Source of the DNA: an uncultured Clostridia bacterium
GTDB taxonomy: Bacteria > Bacillota > Clostridia > Christensenellales > UBA1242
Reading direction: 5' to 3'
Length of the DNA: 64,000 nt
Assembly: GCA_947366895.1 (NCBI GenBank)
Contig: CANBBP010000001.1
Coordinates: forward strand, 200,365 to 264,364
A model generated the notes under the pieces. That model was not told where the DNA came from. It did not search any database and was given only the letters and a program-made list of their open reading frames with translations. Below, piece by piece: positions 60,561 to 64,000 of the stretch; the stretch's first letter is position 1, and each line of letters starts with the position of its first letter. A program made the translations under genes and the position numbers.

Positions 60561-63500
60561 ACATTAATCGCAGAACCTGATCCTGTTGAGCCACCTATTT
60601 CTCCACCATTACCTTCTTCTCCACCATAACCTGTTTCTGTTTCATATATTATGGATCCTATACCAGATTCGCTACCATCACAAGGTCCACAAATTTCGTA
60701 CAATGAAACTACTGCTAACATTTTGCTTACTTTTCTTCGTGCACTTGTATCTAGATTACCACTAGTTTTAGTAACAGTTCCTCCGCAATCTTGAAGATCT
60801 AAACCTCTTATATCCCTAGTATCGTCAGTAGCATCTATTATTGTTACATTTGTGGTTGTAACTTTGAACACAACTACAACTGAAGCAAAGTTACCCTCGC
60901 CACCAAACATTCCATTAGTATCATCATCAAAGAAAACAAGCATTCCAGCATTATTAACAGTAATTTTCTTTGTTTCAGTACTTTGACCTATCTTATCTGC
61001 AATATGTTTTTTGGCTTCGTTATATGTTGCTTGAGAAACAGTTGTAGATGTTTCCGACCCTTTCCAAACACCCATAATACTATTATCACCACCTGCTAAT
61101 ACTCCACCACCCCAGAAGTGACGAGGATTCCAATATGAACGAGTGTCATAACTAATAAGTTCAGCAAAAGAACGAACATTACTACTTACTTTAGATTGCG
61201 ATAATTTAGTAAATTTCTTAACTTCCTCTCTATATCTGTGTGTGCCATATCCTTTAGAGCCATCTTCTTGTCTATTATCTAAATGTTGAAGGTCAAACCC
61301 TTCATAACTCATTTCAAATGGATTTCTTTCTCCATAATCGCGATAGTTAACACTAAAAACAGCATCTTCATTTATATAATATTTTTCTTTTAAAACCATA
61401 TCCCAAAGAACATGATCAGGGTTAGTACTAACAAATGCTACTGCATGATATTTTGTACCAGCATCGTCTTCTGTTGAAGAGCCTGGAGTCCCTGCTACAC
61501 CTGATATTGTATAACCTAAGGTATGTCCATCTAAATTTTCAACCTTTACACTATCATTACCTTTACTTCCAAGAATCTTACCCCTATTATCAGTAATAGT
61601 TGCAGAACTTTCACTTGAAACATAACTAACATCATTAGAAACATTTCTATTTGCTCTACCAGTTACTTCACCTGACGTTGCTCTACCTACAATACCACCT
61701 GCAGAAGATTGAACACTAGAAGATGAATTTGCTTTTTCAAATAAATTTCCTACCTGATTTGTTTTTGTACTTGATGCTGTTGATATTGCACCTGTATTAT
61801 CACAATTAGTAACATTACCACTGGATAAGCCTGCAATACCTCCAACATAAACAATTGTACCATCAGCAGTTATACTTCCAGTATTTGAACAATCACTAAT
61901 TTTATTAGAATTGTTTCCAACTATACCACCAACATTTGTTGCTTTAACATTTACTGAAATATTATTAGAACAATCTTCAATAGTTCCACTATTAACAAAA
62001 GCTATAACACCAAAACTATCTCTAAATGGATTACCACTTTCTGCAATTTTTATAGTGCCTCTAACTTTAAAGCCCTGTATTGTTCCTCTATTTTCTTGTA
62101 CAAGTCCTACTCCATTTACATTTAATGTTACTTGAATACTACTACCAGTTATTGTTCCATTGTCTAATTTATAAATAAATGCTCCATATTGTGTAGTATT
62201 TTTAAAATCGATAGTTAAAGCAATATCATTTATAATTTCTAATTCACTTCCAACAAATTCTCCTACAAGTCCACCTGCAAGCCCTGTGGTATCTATTGTA
62301 CAAGTAACCCTATTACAATTAACAATTACCGATCCTCTACCTATAATTCCGCCAACAGCAGTTCCTGCTCTTGCTTGAGGTGTTTGTTCTTCTGGAGCCC
62401 CAGTCTTAATTGTTCCCCCAGTACGATTTATAGAAACTTCTACATCTGAAATTTTACTTTCTCCAATAACTCCACCTACATAAGTAGCACCATACACATC
62501 ATTATTAATTGATGAATCATTACTAAATGTTAATGAACTTCTTCCTGTAATTTGTCCTACAACACCGCCTGCTATACCACCTTTAGAATGAACTACTTTA
62601 TGTGGTCGGCAACTTCCTGAAACAGTAGTATCAGACATTATTCCCACTAAACCACCTACTTGGTTACTACCTTCAACTTTTTCTCCTGCAGATGAGCCTC
62701 CAGATATAGTTGATTCTTCAATTTCTCCAGTTTCTTCGTTTTTATAAACTCTAGATGTTCCTACATAACCACCAGTGGAGGCATTGCCACCATACACCTC
62801 TTTTGAACCTGAACTTGAACTAATTGAACTGCCAACTAAAACACCCACAATACCACCACAAGAATTTCCTCTACCTGTTACTTTTCCCCCAGCAATGCAA
62901 TTTTCTATTTTTGATCTTTCTGCCCATGCGACAATTCCTCCAGCATATCCTTGTTCAGCTTCAACCTCTTTAGCACCTCGACAATTTGAATTTACAGTTG
63001 AACCAAATGTTCCTCCAGCAACACCACCAGCTTGATAAGTTGATGTTACCTTTGCTCCAGCGATACAAGTTGAAATAGTACTTCCTACATCATAACCAAC
63101 AATACCACCTGCACATCTATAAGCATTTACATTATCAGCTCCTGTAACATTAGAAATAGAACAAATAGCTTTTACATCTTCTGTTTTACCAGCATATCCA
63201 ACAACACCACCAGTTGAAAATCCATCTATCTTTTTAACAACTTTTGCAGAGCCTCCACTAATTTGACATCCATCTAATATAACTCCAGCAATTCCTCCGG
63301 CACAACCAAATGCCTTAAATATTGTATCGCTTCCAGTAATGCCAATGTTTCTTTCTGATATAACTTCCTCTGCCTTTCCAGTACAGTCAGAGATATATGT
63401 ATTCTCATTAGAAAATCCTATAACACCACCTGCTGCAATGGAACCATTTATTTTACCAGCTGAACCATTAGCTCTGGAAATATTTCCTCCGTCATTATAA

Positions 63501-64000
63501 CCTATAGCTCCACCACTATAACTACCTATTACTATTTTTGATGCAGTTCCACCAGAGAAAGTTGCCCTAGTGAAATAGCCCACAATTCCCCCTGCACATT
63601 CTTTTTTAGGGAATGTTTTTAATTCATCAAGATTTTCTCCATCTTTAGGTACAGTTTGAGATGTTACTACTTTAACGTTTTGTTCTCCACCGCTCTCAAC
63701 TGTTCCGCCTTCCATCCAACCAATTACTCCACCTGCAGCAATACTAGCATTTACAACAATTTTAGGCTCAGGATTTTCTTCCGGTTGCTCATCTGCTGTA
63801 GTAGTAGGATTCTTTTCTATAAATATAGGTTTTCCACCTTGAACATATCCACCACTCATCCAACCAACAACACCACCAGCATAATTAGCAGTACCTTCTA
63901 ATCCACCTTGACCACCTTTTACATAACCATCTAGCATTTCTCCAACTAAACCACCTAACTTTTCACCACAACTTGCTGAGCCACCAGAACCAGATTTAAC
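60014..64000 (-). CDS. partial (>1,328 aa, N-terminus beyond the window) GLUG-repeat protein with an unknown central domain and a C-terminal CHAP peptidoglycan amidase/peptidase domain
   Basis: The frame stays open through 63938-64000 (VKSGSGGSASCGEKLGGLVGE), so the ORF-track Met at 63937 is internal. I counted about 21 GG[LIV][VI]G turns. The C-terminus reads YQYWCAAFVSWCY ... PGDTIFF ... ASHVGIVV ... TIEGNTS, matching the CHAP Cys/His pattern. Confidence 0.85.
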   Translation of the reverse strand, partial: VKSGSGGSASCGEKLGGLVGEMLDGYVKGGQGGLEGTANYAGGVVGWMSGGYVQGGKPIFIEKNPTTTADEQPEENPEPKIVVNASIAAGGVIGWMEGGTVESGGEQNVKVVTSQTVPKDGENLDELKTFPKKECAGGIVGYFTRATFSGGTASKIVIGSYSGGAIGYNDGGNISRANGSAGKINGSIAAGGVIGFSNENTYISDCTGKAEEVISERNIGITGSDTIFKAFGCAGGIAGVILDGCQISGGSAKVVKKIDGFSTGGVVGYAGKTEDVKAICSISNVTGADNVNAYRCAGGIVGYDVGSTISTCIAGAKVTSTYQAGGVAGGTFGSTVNSNCRGAKEVEAEQGYAGGIVAWAERSKIENCIAGGKVTGRGNSCGGIVGVLVGSSISSSSGSKEVYGGNASTGGYVGTSRVYKNEETGEIEESTISGGSSAGEKVEGSNQVGGLVGIMSDTTVSGSCRPHKVVHSKGGIAGGVVGQITGRSSLTFSNDSSINNDVYGATYVGGVIGESKISDVEVSINRTGGTIKTGAPEEQTPQARAGTAVGGIIGRGSVIVNCNRVTCTIDTTGLAGGLVGEFVGSELEIINDIALTIDFKNTTQYGAFIYKLDNGTITGSSIQVTLNVNGVGLVQENRGTIQGFKVRGTIKIAESGNPFRDSFGVIAFVNSGTIEDCSNNISVNVKATNVGGIVGNNSNKISDCSNTGSITADGTIVYVGGIAGLSSGNVTNCDNTGAISTASSTKTNQVGNLFEKANSSSSVQSSAGGIVGRATSGEVTGRANRNVSNDVSYVSSESSATITDNRGKILGSKGNDSVKVENLDGHTLGYTISGVAGTPGSSTEDDAGTKYHAVAFVSTNPDHVLWDMVLKEKYYINEDAVFSVNYRDYGERNPFEMSYEGFDLQHLDNRQEDGSKGYGTHRYREEVKKFTKLSQSKVSSNVRSFAELISYDTRSYWNPRHFWGGGVLAGGDNSIMGVWKGSETSTTVSQATYNEAKKHIADKIGQSTETKKITVNNAGMLVFFDDDTNGMFGGEGNFASVVVVFKVTTTNVTIIDATDDTRDIRGLDLQDCGGTVTKTSGNLDTSARRKVSKMLAVVSLYEICGPCDGSESGIGSIIYETETGYGGEEGNGGEIGGSTGSGSAINVPSSMANVTFDEVDEETGEGIRYGNPAVVAEARKYIGNKGGEKFWRVFGNEYQYWCAAFVSWCYNGVPEIKAQKANSTPGNTLGAGHLWKSYFAPAGQVVTREHYKYVAPGDTIFFMPTIAGATASHVGIVVKVENGRVYTIEGNTSQPGKGWAYPGYCYDKSYSVNDKTIKGYGLMNWKRN

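Noticed and set aside
1-64000. A Mollicutes-type genetic code (TGA = Trp), suggested by the extreme AT content.
   Set aside because: TGA terminates spmA (5251-5253) and murB (16792-16794) at the expected protein lengths. Conserved Trp positions use TGG. All conserved proteins are full length under code 11.
1-64000. rRNA, tRNA, CRISPR arrays, IS elements, integrases and prophage genes.
   Set aside because: I saw no regularly spaced direct repeats, no cloverleaf-like GC-rich islands in the intergenic regions I read, and no transposase, integrase or recombinase-like ORFs in the track. This was done by eye only. tRNAscan-SE, Infernal and ISEScan would be needed to be certain.
60014-64000. The CHAP protein as a phage tail-associated lysin or conjugative-element hydrolase.
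   Set aside because: No phage or conjugation genes lie in the 60 kb to its downstream (lower-coordinate) side. Its repeat chemistry matches the neighbouring chromosomal giant ORF. The side beyond nt 64,000 (upstream of this ORF) is outside the window, so this cannot be fully excluded.

Overview
The window is AT-rich (roughly 70% A+T by eye). It uses the standard genetic code, since TGA acts as a stop for spmA and murB. Gene content and order match a low-GC Firmicutes/Bacillota chromosome. I could not run BLAST, HMMER or structure prediction, so all family names come from reading motifs in the translations.

About 42 kb is conserved housekeeping backbone, almost entirely on the minus strand. 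In coordinate order it holds rsmA, tatD, spmA-spmB, a yabB-like N6-methyltransferase, ricT/yaaT, holB, greA, pfkA, dnaE, whiA, a PHP phosphoesterase, murB, uvrC, an ArsR-family regulator, trpS, an AI-2E transporter, tuf-fusA-rpsG-rpsL and rpoC-rpoB.

Three regions stand out from this backbone.
1. A 4.7 kb island of five genes of unknown function lies between rpsL and rpoC. It holds a coiled-coil Q/N-rich protein, a small acidic partner, an orphan HicB-like protein, a transglutaminase-fold Cys protease-like protein, and a strongly promoted 102-aa acidic Cys peptide.
2. An unannotated 57-aa Cys/His-tailed membrane peptide is divergent from the ArsR regulator.
3. The right-hand 21.4 kb is the strongest candidate for something new. 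It carries two tandem giant minus-strand ORFs built from GLUG-type (GG[LIV][VI]G) beta-helix repeats.
   - One is a complete 5,637-aa signal-peptide/lipobox protein with six repeated entry-motif plus GLUG modules.
   - Upstream of it is a partial ORF of more than 1,328 aa. That ORF ends in an unrecognised ~330-aa domain, a Gly-rich linker and a CHAP peptidoglycan amidase domain.
   - The two are separated by a 488-nt spacer rich in palindromes and inverted repeats.
   - The locus abuts rpoB where rplJ-rplL would normally sit.

I saw no rRNA, tRNA, CRISPR array, transposase or integrase.
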